A stretch of DNA of 63,996 nucleotides, filler included, from Porpidia crustulata (Eukaryota), in NCBI GenBank assembly GCA_964255105.1. It is 6 parts of 6 records of this genome, joined end to end, with 100 filler letters (N's around TTAATTAATTAA, not from the genome) between each part and the next. Parts side by side here need not be neighbours in the genome. Positions count along the whole stretch, not along the records: positions 42,963 to 53,593 come from CAXUWE010000749.1; positions 53,694 to 63,996 come from CAXUWE010000793.1; 4 more parts are not named here. One strand, written 5' to 3'. Of the stretch, positions 50,142 through 62,494 are shown in pieces; position 1 is the first letter of the stretch, and each line of letters opens with the position of its first letter. The notes below the pieces were generated by a model. The model was not told the DNA's origin. It saw nothing but the letters and a program-made list of their open reading frames with translations, and ran no database searches. The translations under genes were made by a program, and so were the position numbers.

Positions 50142-51777
50142 ATGCCACCCAAAGCCCGTGCGATAAAGAGTGCAGCGAGCCCGGTGTCTGTAAACGCAAA
50201 AGAACGGACAATATCCAAGCGAAACAAAGTACGCACTGTATAGCCCAATGCAAAACTGTGCTAATAGTGATCTGACCAGACTCGAGAAGCGACAATGTCC
50301 CGTGTCACGCGCAGTACAACCCGAGCGTCACGTAACATACAGGCACAATCGTTTCCAGAGCATGAAGAAGATCAAACCACATCAGGAATACCGACAACCA
50401 GTAAAGCTCAGTTACGAGGTCCAAAAAGGCAGGCTTCTGCCGCGGTAAGACGTACCAATAAGTCCACAAAGGGGAAGCAGACAACGCAATCTTCTCAACC
50501 CAGTCTTGGAAAATCTACGCAGGTCCCCAAGGAAAACGGTAAAACTGCTGAGCGAAAAGCCCCAGTCATCAGGGCCGTCGCTGTTCCACCAAACCAAGAT
50601 ACTGGGGCAGCCGCCGATAAAGTAAGTGTAGCTATATTATTCTGTCGCGCTTCTCTCGGACGATCAACGCTCACAAGCTCCCTAGCTAGGTGCCATTCAA
50701 TCTTGGGTAAAAGGAGTTCAAACCTTAGACAGTTTCGTGTCAGAGGAAGATACGAATTTTAAGGCTAAATCGGATATTAACCTCTGGTTTCAGAGCTACG
50801 GTGGTGTACCGCCAGAGGCAACCATGACACCGACTTGTGCTAGCACTGCTCCCACGCCGTCACTTGCAATATCAAAGGCGTCTAGCCGCAGGCCGAGAAA
50901 TATTGAGGCTCGAAACCCGTTGTTCCACGTTGCTCTGCTCGAGCGGAACATCACTTCCAAAGCCGACATAGATCCTGGGAGATCGGATATTACCAGAAGT
51001 ATTTTATCCGATCAAGAAACTCAGCTGGACGACGAAGAAGAGAGAAAGTGGGCCGTCGACTTTGCCAAATGCGAGCGCTCAAATGAACCTGTTTTCCAGC
51101 GGACTATCATGATGGATATCATCAACCGCCACGGTCTTGCAGATTCGCTGGATTGGATATGTGAGTCCGAGTGGACATGCAATCGCATGCCACGAAAAAT
51201 GAAACCGGGTGCGGTCGAAGTCGTCATGCCGAAGCCAAATCTCGCAGTTGCTTTCAAGACTTCTTACTTGATAAAAGACTATCAAATGATAGATCTAGGA
51301 CACCTCAGGTCACCTATGTGTCCAGAGAGCTTCAAGTTGGACAAAGAAGACCAGGCTTTTCACTTCTTTTCTATCGAAGCCAAAGACACGAAAGCCGCAT
51401 CGGCGAGCGAGATCGCAATCAACCGGAACCTGAATACAGCTTCTCAAGCCCTGCACAATATATACCTATTCATGGCGCAGGCGGGACAGCAAGACCTATT
51501 CTACGAGAAAGTTAGATTCTACTCCGTAGTTATTACTAGTGCCGGATTCCACCTTCGCGTCCACAGAGCAACGAAGCTATCAAAGGGCCGCATACTCCCC
51601 GACTATCCGCTTGGCTTCCATTTTGACGAGATTTGCAGCATGACGGGACCCTATATGAAGGGAAAGGTCGTCCGGATCGTCGAAAACATTCTCGTCAAAT
51701 ACGGCATCGAGATCTTGATGCCGATCTTGAAGGTCGCCGTCGAGACCGTACTCGAAAAACTTGAGAAAGAATCTTAA
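50142..51777 (+). CDS. PD-(D/E)XK-like fungal protein with a basic disordered N-terminus; possibly prematurely terminated
   Basis: Exons MPPKARAIK...KRNK / TREATMSRVTRS...ADK / LGAIQSWVKG...; EPVFQRTIMM, PKPNLAVAF, FHFFSIEAK, NLNTASQALHNIYLFM, RVHRA; frame stays open 61 codons past TAA 51775-51777. Confidence 0.65.
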
Positions 51778-52683
51778 AAGTCAACTTCCAATCGAAAACG
51801 GCAGGCAGAAGATGCCATGGAATCTCTAGGAAGTCAGAGGGCGAAAGTCGGTGATTTGGGCCTGAATGAAGGAACCGGATTATTGGCGGGTCAACGTATT
51901 GGGTCACAGGGCACCGTAAAGATTGATTTGTCAACCAACGTGTCTTCAGAAATACTCTCCTGAGCAAGAGAATGACTCGAAAATTGCGTTTCTAATAGAT
52001 AAAACGTAGCAATATTAAGAAAATATTCTGTTAAGAAGATACTAAGATAGCTGTTGAACTCTCTTCTTCCGACCGGGAAGGACTATGAAAGCAGGTTGCA
52101 TTAGTCTTGATTCCCTTTCTCTTACACATCAATGATCCCACAATTAAACAATAAAACTCGCGATCCTGTCACGAGTACTCTTCATCAACCTCGACCTTTC
52201 TATGCCTCACGCTTCCTCCGCGGGCCTTCACTCATCAAGTTTCCCTCCGTGCGATCGGAAATCGCTTCGTCGCCCACGATCACGATCAACCTCTCCTGCA
52301 CCCTGCGTCGTGGCCCGCCTTTCCTCCCTTCTCGCTCTCAACCTCGTACGAGTACTTAATTCCTTTGCTCTCTTCGTGCTTTTTTTCTGCTTTCTTATTG
52401 CTATTTTCTGCTTCTTTAGTGCCTCTCTGATGCTTCTCCGATGCTTTTTGTCGCTTTCTCTTTCTTTACGGCGGTTTGGCTTTCTTTCTTAAATTGAAAT
52501 GATGATTTCTCAATTTTGAGTTCGGGATAAGTATCTTGTATGTTTACAATGCTTCGTATAGCAAACGATAAAATCCTAGACTCATGTACGCCTCCAAGCA
52601 TGATTCGTTTGCTAGCGTTACTGAAGCATTCACAAAAGAATGACTGAATGTTACTTCCATACCTTACTTTGCTAGTCCTGTCT

Positions 52684-53526
52684 TCAAAATAGAACGGATA
52701 TCAGACCAAGTAGTACAGCAGCCATCACAGCACTAAGACCGGCCCCAAAGCTTCCGACGGCGCCACTATTCGTCGGAGAAGGGATTGATGTCGAAGCACC
52801 CGCTCCCGATCCAGCTCCCGAAGAACCACTCGCAGCCATCGAAGTTGTCGTGGACGAGGCCGTGCATCCATCGGCCTGAAATATCCCAAACGGTTGCACC
52901 GACGCAGTAACACACGTGCACGCGGCAGTAGCATTCGCCATCACGCCGGCATAGCTCCGATACTGTTTCTGTCCCTGCGCGTAGCTATAGCAGCTTTGCA
53001 TCTCGGCGTTGAAGTCGAATCCCGCCCCGACGTTGCAAAGGCAGCCCGCCTGCACCGTCGGCGCAACCGCCGAGAAAGTCCCGTTGTACGCCGTCGAACA
53101 CGAAGCGTACGCGGCGAGGGCGACGGTGCAAGGCGTGGCCTGTTGAGGGATTTTCGCTTGTTGCATGCTTGTAGCCGTGGTGGGAAAGACGCTGCTGTCG
53201 CTGCTGCTGTCGCTGCTACCGCCTTGCGTGTCGTCAACGGCGCTAACAATCTTCTCGACAAGTTGTTTCAGTGCGTCCGCGACATCGTCGAAGTGGATCG
53301 AGTTGTCTTTCGGGGCGGGTCGGGGGTTCTGGCCTACGGCGAGGGCGCCGGGGACGCCCGGTGCTTCGCCATTAAATTGGCCATTTGAGTTGGATATTCC
53401 GGCAGGATTTTCCAACGACACTGGATCTGGCCCTCGATCAGGCTCCGGCGGTCTTTTGGGCCCCTGCGCAGAGACAGAGGTTGCGAGTTGGAAGGCAAGA
53501 ACTGTAAGAATTGGGGTGGAGCGCAT
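52684..53526 (-). CDS. secreted, probably GPI-anchored cysteine-rich protein
   Basis: Signal peptide MRSTPILTVLAFQLATSVSA, Cys domain (PCT..SCS..GCLCN..SCY..CTC), S/G/T stalk, hydrophobic C-terminus. Confidence 0.75.
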   Translation of the reverse strand: MRSTPILTVLAFQLATSVSAQGPKRPPEPDRGPDPVSLENPAGISNSNGQFNGEAPGVPGALAVGQNPRPAPKDNSIHFDDVADALKQLVEKIVSAVDDTQGGSSDSSSDSSVFPTTATSMQQAKIPQQATPCTVALAAYASCSTAYNGTFSAVAPTVQAGCLCNVGAGFDFNAEMQSCYSYAQGQKQYRSYAGVMANATAACTCVTASVQPFGIFQADGCTASSTTTSMAASGSSGAGSGAGASTSIPSPTNSGAVGSFGAGLSAVMAAVLLGLISVLF

Positions 53527-53593
53527 GTTGTCCGACTGAAGAAAGTAAGCTTGCCTGTCTGGTTTCGAGGAATAAGATGGCAGAAGGGGATTC

Positions 53594-53693
53594 NNNNNNN
53601 NNNNNNNNNNNNNNNNNNNNNNNNNNNNNNNNNNNNNTTAATTAATTAANNNNNNNNNNNNNNNNNNNNNNNNNNNNNNNNNNNNNNNNNNNN
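53594..53693. other. artificial contig-joining spacer
   Basis: 44N-TTAATTAATTAA-44N. Confidence 0.99.
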
Positions 53694-54971
53694 GGTGAGG
53701 TGGGGGCCGAATTTGTCGGCGACGATGGGCCAGCGCATGAGTTCGGGGACGGTGAAGAGCTTGAGGAGTTGTTGTTCCGGGGGGACGAGGGAGTTGCGGG
53801 CGTCGGCGTTGATGCGGTGGAGGAGGTCGGATTGTTCGTTGTCGTGGGGGGAGAGGATGATGTAATAGATTACTCTTTGGAGAACCTGCAACTATTTGTT
53901 AGCGGAGGTAACATGGGGAGCAGAAACAGCAAAACACACGGCGTGGAGTTGTTCGGGATTTTCTTCGACGGATTCAGTATCAAGGACTTGGCGATAGTGT
54001 TTGCACGCATCTAAATATTGATCATCATGCTTGGCAAGGGTTATTTGTTGCTCGTAGTATCGCAACTTTAGATCCGTCACATCGTCGTCCTTTTCAATTG
54101 GCGGATCATCCGCGCCTCGATTCTTCTCCTTTTCTTCGCGCTCCTTCTTCGCCTTCTCTGCTTCTTCGGGAGTCTTTTTAGGTCTTCTTTGAAAGTACTT
54201 GGTACTGATCTTCCGACTTAGAATTCCAGCCTGTGTCCAATCTTCCTTCTCAATGCAGAGCGCCACCTGTTCTAGGATGAACTCTGTCTTTTCTCTCCGA
54301 TCCATCGAACCAAAAGTCTCGACTTGCAATTCACATAATATGTCGGCTGCTGCGTTAAGATCACCTTGTTCCTTCTTGATATCAGACAAAATCCGCGTTA
54401 CACGAGCTCGCTCTACTTCGACAAAGATCTATGTCTATCATGAGTTCTGTTCCCTTATTTGCATGTTACACCTCTTACCTTGCCCTCTGTTACCGTCCGC
54501 AGGGTTTCTATGACCGACAGTTTGGTCTTTACATCAGGCGCCTCATCCAAGAAAGACATGACCACCTGCACCATCTTTGTCGTAGCTTGCTTCAGTTGTC
54601 CATGCTTCTTTGAAAGTAGTAGGACTTGCTCATTCAGCAAGCCCCAGTCTCCAGAATCCTTGCATATTGTGACAATAGCGACAAGCAGTCTGGATGTGGA
54701 GGCAAGATCCGAGGCCTGGGATATGCTTCAGTGCTAAGATCAATAGACGGAGGATATGCTGCTGTCTTACTTGTCGGGTATGTTTCTCGAGCGCTGAGAG
54801 CTTCTCGATAGCTGCTTGAAGATTGTACTAACACACATAGTGTTAGAATCCGATAAAAGCTACATTTAGAAGTACGCGACTGACTTTGGCAGACTCTTGA
54901 GCTTCAGGGATTTGTTTGTCCACTTCTTTCGAGAAGTCTTTGTCTGGCTTTAAAATTTTGCCGTCTGACAT
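53694..54971 (-). CDS. RPN5: 26S proteasome regulatory subunit Rpn5, 3' end truncated
   Basis: MSDGKILKPDKDFSKEVD, LEKHTRQ/ASDL, LSKKHGQLKQA, TVTEGK/IFVEVERARVT, ELQVETFGSMDRREKTEFILEQ, LSPHDNEQSDLL. Confidence 0.95.
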
Positions 54972-55506
54972 GTTGGGAATAGGAGGTCCGAAGAGTGAGG
55001 TCGGAGATAATTCAGGCTTTTGATTTAGAGCTGAATGGGGAAAAGAGTCAGGTAGATGTTTAGCATTTGATGATAAAATTCACCATCGAGGACATATTTC
55101 TGTGTGGTTTAGAGCTTCTCTGACGCGCGCTCCGGCGTTTAATGCAGCCGCGCCCCCATATTCCGTATTCGGTTTCAGCTACAACGCGAGATTTCCGGCA
55201 GCGAACACGCCCACCTGCTTCCGGGATATTAGCTCATGGGTATTGGTGGGAGTTTGTGTATTCTGTTCCATGATTTGAAATCTTCTATCTATTTTTCACA
55301 CTACATAGTGAAACAAAGGCTCTAATCAGGAGACGCTGACCACATGGAAAACAATAGCACCTAGCAATTAAACGATCCACGATCCTCCTAGCCTTTGGTA
55401 GTCTCTGCGGATATCGATTGCCACAACGAGAGTACCAGCTAGTCCTGAACGTCTCTTTATGAACGCGCCACCTGCTGCCCAAATTAAACGACCCAATATT
55501 GGTCCA

Positions 55507-56684
55507 CTACTTAACGGGACTCCAGGGCATTGGAATCAATATCCGACTATTCATCTTCTGGATCAGTGGCACAGTTTTGTGGACTGTGTCTCCCCATCCC
55601 TCAACGCCCCAGCTCATCTCCCTCCTTGCCTTCCGTTCCTCTAGATTGGCGAATTGCCACAGATGGTGCACCGTATTAAGATCCCCGATCTGTACAAACC
55701 ATGCTCCAACACCTTCCATAACTTCTCTTCGTGCCTTAAGGCCTCGTCTCCAATGAGTCTCCCATTCCAGTAGATTGCCCGGATGTAGTGTGTAAGATCG
55801 GAGTTCGAATAAGCCACCTAGTTCTCGGGGGGGAGTAGTGGGCCAGAAAGAGAATTCTTGCATTAGTGAAGTCTGCTTATGGGTGATGAGCGATTTGAGC
55901 TTCTTGTCAAAAGCGGGAAAGTCGGGATGGTTGGCGATTGAATTTAGGGATGCATGGTAACCATGGTACCTTTGATATTCCCAGATATGGACTGTTCAAT
56001 GCTTAGCAGCTGTGTCTTGTGGGAAGTGTGGTTCGATTAATCACCAAATGTATCGCAGTCCCCAACCTCTGTTCTCCAGCTACCCACTAAATTTACGTGG
56101 TTGTCTTCAAGCTTGGCCATCCGTGGATACCAATTTCCAACTACCTCAACGTATTCATCGACTTTGTCCGGCTTGACCGAATGAAAGACAATCGAGTGTA
56201 CATATTTGCCCCTAGCTAGAACTTGCGAGAAAGATTTCTCGATATCTTGATCCATCTGCTGGCCCTCATGCGTGCCGTATATCAGGGATGATAATGCACC
56301 TTTTCGCGTGGAGCTTTCTTTCTTGTAAGCGGAGTCGCGCGCAGCTCCTGTACCATGCGTTGACAGTGAGCCTAATGCCACAATACCGGACTCCCCAGGA
56401 GCGCTCCCATTGCTCGTTTCTTGAGCAGTGGAAGCGTCACCTGGGGTTGAAGCAGAGAAAGATTTGGGAGCAGCAACGGACTGACTATCTTGCTCTTTTT
56501 TGATCTTCAGTGCATCTTTCACCCTTTCGCGGAATTCCTTCTGGCGGGCGTCGAAGGCAGAGGTACCACTGGGTGTGACGTCTGCTAGGGAGGGTATGCG
56601 TGCGTAGGTAGCGGAGGTGGTACTCAGAGGGCGTCTGGCGATGGGGGATTGTTGACAGCATGAGGAAAGGCGTCGGGCAAGCAT
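55507..56684 (-). CDS. NIPSNAP family protein, mitochondrial
   Basis: Mitochondrial presequence, SFSQVLARGKYVHSIVFH, LVGSWRTEVGDCDTF/VHIWEY, FELRSYTLHPGNLLEWE, VGAWFVQIGDLNTVHHLW, PMPWSP. Confidence 0.9.
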
Positions 56685-57606
56685 GATGCCAGTAAATTTG
56701 GCCCTGAAAACTTCGCAGCAGAAAGGTCGCTTTACGAGCTCGAGAGCTCCGTAATAAAGGAGATGTTTGTCCTCGCTCTGTCTTACCTTAGCCTCAGAGA
56801 TTGGAGGGGTATAGTAGCAATTGCGGGGGTGGCTGTCAATGGGTAAGACTGGTATTCTGGGCCTATTGGTGCAGGCTTGGGTCGGCTGAAGGCGGGGGAA
56901 CAGGTTCGACAGTAAGTGGTAGTGGTAGACCCTGAATAGTGGTTAGTGGACCTGCACTTGACACGTGAGGGTTGAAAGGAGCTTCCCCGCAAATATCTTT
57001 TTCGGGCGTCCTTAATTTAAGCGAGCCAAGTATCCTAATGCGAGACTTTTTACACATGGCTCATAACGAACGATTTCTATAAAATCACACAACATATCAG
57101 ACTTAGCATTGCCCCTCCTGAATAGCTGAAGAGACACGTTGCATGCTAGAGAAATATTCACGAGATTTTAGGATTCGGTTTCCCCATTTCTAACGACGAC
57201 CGAGTTCAAACGTATTTCCTCCATATATTTGCATCGTAGAGTGCACTTGATCAGTAAGTACTAGTTGGAAGAGCTGTGACTCGTAGTGAAGATTTGTCAA
57301 GGTGGGAAATTCCCTGCAGCGACGCTGCGACTATATTCACCGCCAATGTGTACAAGTTCTTTTTGGAAACTGTTCTTCGGCTTCATGTCGACAATGCCAA
57401 CATGTCAACTGCCTAAATTACATGACGAGATTGTGTCACACATGAGTGAGCCTGCAACAGTGTAGATAAGGTGAAAATTCCTATATGGCCTCCTGCTCCT
57501 GTCTAGGGCAATATGTAGATGGGCTGATTCGCCACAACAAGCCATTTCAATGAGAAATTGCAAAACCGCAGCCCCATACGTTTTCGTAGTTCACAAGCAA
57601 ACATTC

Positions 57607-59756
57607 TCATAAACCTGAGTCCTCCTGTAGGAACATTGGACTACCGTTGTAGTAAATCTTCCACGCATCACAGGTAGATTGGTAATCAGCCGGCACAGCA
57701 GGAATCGTGCTTTTACTCTCCAGGAACTGTACGCCTAGCCCCTCGCCAACATGCCATGCCTGCGAAAATCCGATTAGCCCTATTGAATGCGGGAAAGCAG
57801 AAAGAAGGGAAGGGACTTACAATGTGGCAATGCATGAGCCAAGCTCCTGGGTTGTCTGTAGGGAAAGCAATCACAAGCCATCCACCAGCGGGAAGCATAG
57901 CAGTGTCTCTTCTAACCGGATTGTTGAAGTTCAAAGTGTTGACGGAGGCATTATTGAAGCCGCCCACCCCAGTACCTAGGAGATAGAAGTCATGGCCGTG
58001 GAGATGGATAGGATGGGCGATATTGACGGCGCCTCCGACGGTCTCTTGGATGACCCAGTAGGTCCACTACTTTCATGATTAGCCTCGATGGAGATGATTT
58101 TCTAGATCAAAATATACGTACGATTCCTTCCGTTGCAAGCTCGATCAAATTTTCCGAGGGCGGGTAGTTTGTGTTGTGGTTAAGCACATAACTGAGTATA
58201 GGAACTTCCCAGTCAACGTCAATTGCGGTGAAATTAACGCCCCAGACAACTATGTTCTGCCCATTAGTGGAAACGCCAGGGCCAAGGTTGACATTCAGAG
58301 TCTGGGCTTGGCTAGTGAACGTATCGCTAGGGACGTTATTAATGACCCATGGTACGAGCGGGCTCTCATCATTACAATTCGATGGCCTAGACGTCCCAGT
58401 GCTTGTGGGGTCCGTTGTCGCCGCACCAGCGTAGCTGAAGACACTTCGACCGAAGTAATTGTTGCTGCTATTACAAGCAGTCTCGGTCTCGGCGCGGAAC
58501 CAATAATTCCCAATCGTTTGGTTCGCGTAGATAATTACATCGTAGCGTTGACCTAAGAGAGTTTAGTATCAACTCTGCGAAACCAGAGCACGACAAAATT
58601 ACCAACACCAATAAGAAGCCAATTGGTACTATACGGGTGAATTGGAACTAGGTCGGCGGTCACAACGCTAAAGGGATGGTTGTCAAGAGAGACCCTGATC
58701 ATATTGTCCAAGGAAGGATTGACAATTCTAAGCAAATACTTGCTCCCTGCGGTCAATGGAACTTTTCCATATGCCCCTCCGCCGTTCGCATTCTTGTTGG
58801 TACCGTTGATGACGAGATTATCACCGGGTGGTGGGCCTAGGTGATTCTGAAGGTTGTTATTTACAATGTCGCTGACCTGAGTTGCAGTCTTGTAGTATAG
58901 ATCCTGAACAAGGTACGTTCCTAGGTCAACATCATAGTTTGATGTTGCAGGGCCATTGATGATGATTCCACCAAAGACGCCGTCTCCATATTGTGATGAA
59001 TGATGGCTGTGATACCAGGTTGTCCCGAATTGGGTGCACTTGAAAGTGTACGTTTTCGAAGTTTCAGGGGCCAATGGGCCTGTGGTGAGCAAGTCAGTTT
59101 CTTTGATCCGAAAATATCATTGACCAAAGACGCCGTATACATTCAGTTATTCCGTTCGTGCCATCCATTCCAACTGTACCAAGTTGTCGGATACCGTGCC
59201 AATGAATACCAGTCCCGTTATTTTGCATGGAGTTCTTCACTGTTATTGAGAGCGTGTCACCCCAATCTGCGGTAACAACTATCTTAGTTTTTGCTGCATG
59301 ACAGAAAGCACCTGCAGCACAAACCAGCAATGATAGTAGGGCCCGGATACTGATTGTTCACCAAAAGGCAGCTCTTGGCTCCATTACCATCAGGATTGCA
59401 CGTCGTGTTTGTGATTTCGAGGGTGTACTATAATTGCACAAAATTGAGCATATAATGATGTTTCTTCCCGGCCCGTTACTTACGGATACAGTTTTCCCTG
59501 TATTAGGCCACTTTGCGTCGAAGTCCGTAGCAACACTGTAGCCACTGGCCCAGCAATTTCTGGTATGCGGGCCGTTGGTACAAACAGTATCTCGAGCATG
59601 TAGACGTTCATCTAATGATGCGGAAGAGGGAATCAGATCTTTCTTCGCCGACGGGGCACCCGACTCGCCCCACAAAATTCTTTCGGGAGCTACATCAGCA
59701 ATCGAGTTGCAAGCGAAGACCGCGAGAGTGAGAGGTAACAAATTAGTGACACGCAT
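57607..59756 (-). CDS. secreted laccase (multicopper oxidase, AA1, ascomycete type)
   Basis: Signal and propeptide; L1 HWHG..MDGTNGITEC, L2 GTTWYHSH, L3 HPIHLHGH, L4 GAWLMHCHI/AWHVGEGL; C-terminal EDSGL*. Confidence 0.93.
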
Positions 59757-60875
59757 GGTCTCAGGTAAGAAACTTTAAGGTATCTTTAGGAATTGGGCAC
59801 CAGGGCTACGAGAGTGAAGAGAGACTCTGGCTGAATGAAAGTGAAAAAGAAGAATTTGGTGAGAGAAATTGAGGACATGAAGGCAATGAAGTAAAATAGA
59901 TCGTAGCAGTGAATCCTGAGAGGGTGAATCCTGTTGCGTATAGGTAGTAGCTGCCAGGCGGCGTGAGGTAACGCTATCGAAAATGGAAGTAGCCTTCGGC
60001 ATGATTCGTCTGGATACGAGACTGATTCCCATTCACCATGCTGCCATACAGGATGGCCCTCAGATCGGCTATACACGACAAATCCAGACTGATGGATTTA
60101 GGATTCAATCTAGCTAGCGAGTAACAGTTGAGGTGAGAGGTGAAAGCGAGTGAGACCGACGGCTGTAGAGAAGGCATTTGGGGCTGAATAACACGCCGCA
60201 GCGTTTGCACCATGCCATCCCCTCTGCACCACTACCCGGTAACGATTGACTTCCGTGTGCCAAAAGTGTAATCGGGAAAGAAGAGATTTCCAGGCATAGG
60301 TAAACGTGACTCGGTGATCGAAGACTGCAGTTCGGGATTTAGATTGTGTTCAGAGCCCTACGGCTTAGTCATGCACTCCCTCATTCGGACGGCCTACAGG
60401 GTCATTTGGATCTCTTCGCAGTTCTGACCTACCTAAGCATAAACGACCATGGCACTTACTTTGTCCGTTGCACTTGAGAAGTCGTCTCGATTGGGAATAT
60501 TGAACCAATCTGTCGCTTCCCGAACAAGGATGTGCATGCTTCGTGCGTCACATGTGGAGACCGATCCTATAGAGGACCAGCTTTATGTAACTACGCAAGA
60601 CATCGTGCTTGAATTACTGTCTCTGGCTCGTATCCTGGCTGAATTGAGGACCTGATGGACCTGGAAAGATAGCTTATGCATGCATCAAAGGCTGAGCATC
60701 GTCTGATTCCTGAGCTATCCTAAGGCTAGCTGGGCAATACTGGCTGGGTGTTGGATTTCCTAATAAGTCTCGAGTCGCCAGTTTCTCGCGGCAACTTTTT
60801 TGTCGCCGTCGTCATTGCATCAAAGGTTTCCAGCTCATCGCTTCTTCCAGTGGCTGTTACTCTACGAGAATCACA

Positions 60876-62494
60876 ATGATTCCGCGCTTTTCTTTGCCAG
60901 GCAAGATTGCCCTCGTGTATGCCATTCTTTTACAAACAGCTTGGTCTCAGACGTGTTTATCCTTCCCTGTGGACTTTCAGGGCGGAGATTCCTACTTCCA
61001 GAATTCGCTGTCAACGGACCTTTTCACGTTTGTTTCTCGGTTTGAAGGTATGTATATGTATGAATGTGTGTCCTGACGCGATCCTCTAAATTACGGCATA
61101 GGTTGCAATAACGATGTTGCAAATAATATACTAGTGGATCCGAGTGGAAACGAAGTGCAATGCTCTGATACCAATCTCCAGCCTGACGATACGCCTGAAC
61201 TGTCCACCTGGTGAGATTGTTCAACGTTGACGCTGAGAACAATAGCACGCTAATTATGGTTCAAGCCCTACCGAGAAGGCAAACTTGGTGTCTGGCCCTT
61301 GGTCGATCCTGATCTTGAGCAATAATGGCAAAAACGCGACTGATCCCATCGCATATGAGCGTGATATCAATCTCATCGTGGGCCCGCAGCAGACTTCTAC
61401 TGTAAGATTATTGGTGTCTGCCCCTTTCTGGCCATACTAATAGACTCGTAGTTTACCCCAACTGGTACCAAGCTTAATTTTCTAACACTGAAGCCGCTGT
61501 TGATCTTTCGATATAGTCACAATATCAGCAACCGTTACACCTGTTGTTAGTATGTATATGCAGTCCTGATTGTATGTGAAAACTGGCTAACAACAGTTTT
61601 TCCAGATTCTACCTCCACCAGCACGTTCCTCAGTACCATCACATTGGATGCATCAACCATCGTCACTCCCTCAGTCTTCCGGCCCACAATCACCAGCACT
61701 CCAAAAGCAGTGAAATCAACTTTGACCAGCATCCTAGCAACTATAACCAAGACTTCATGGTCTTTGGACATCGTTCAAGTCATACTAACAAGTACAGCCA
61801 CCTGTGCGATACCCAGCAAGCACCGCAAGCCAGATCCCACGTGTACAATTACACCAACTTTGGTCACTGCCAAAGCATTGGAAACTGGGGCGAAATTGAG
61901 GCACATAAAAGACCGGCGTATTCCGCTCGACAGAACCCAAAGGATTCAGGAAAGGAAAGATCGATTAGGTTTGATTGGGAAAAGAGCTCCAGGTAGGTTC
62001 CTCGGGCGACCATGGATGACTTGACGTTCTGACATATTCTCTGATCAGATGCGCCAACAATCACTGTGACAGATATGAATACATCTGATTACACCACAAT
62101 AACCTCGACCAGTACTGCTCCGGCCACCACAATAACGGTTATTTGTAGGATTCCCGAGTGTCTACTAATTTGAGATTTCGAGCTGACGAGTCTGAAAGCC
62201 ATCGCCACGATTACCTCGACAAGTACCCCCCCTGCGGTCACAGTTTATAGCGGTGTCAGCACTGCCAATGTAGTTACCATTACAGCTCCGACCCCGACAA
62301 AGACGAGAACAAAATACACCGTCGTTACTGCCTACACAACTGTCATCTACGAAGAGACGTAAGCTTTGCAGTGTCATACTCATCTAGCTACTCGGAATTT
62401 TGCTGACGGTAGTCGTAGTGTAACTGTGACTACCACAACAACTCCTTCAGGATCTAAGGCCGCGTGTACAAGTATTGGAGGATCTATGCAGTAA
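60876..62494 (+). CDS. secreted Thr-rich protein of unknown function, many exons
   Basis: Signal peptide, CLSFPVDFQGGDSYFQNS, ILVDPSGNEVQCSDT, WSILILSNNG, IAYERDINLIVGPQQT, PDPTCTITPT, KRAP/DAPT, ending CTSIGGSMQ*; canonical introns. Confidence 0.7.
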
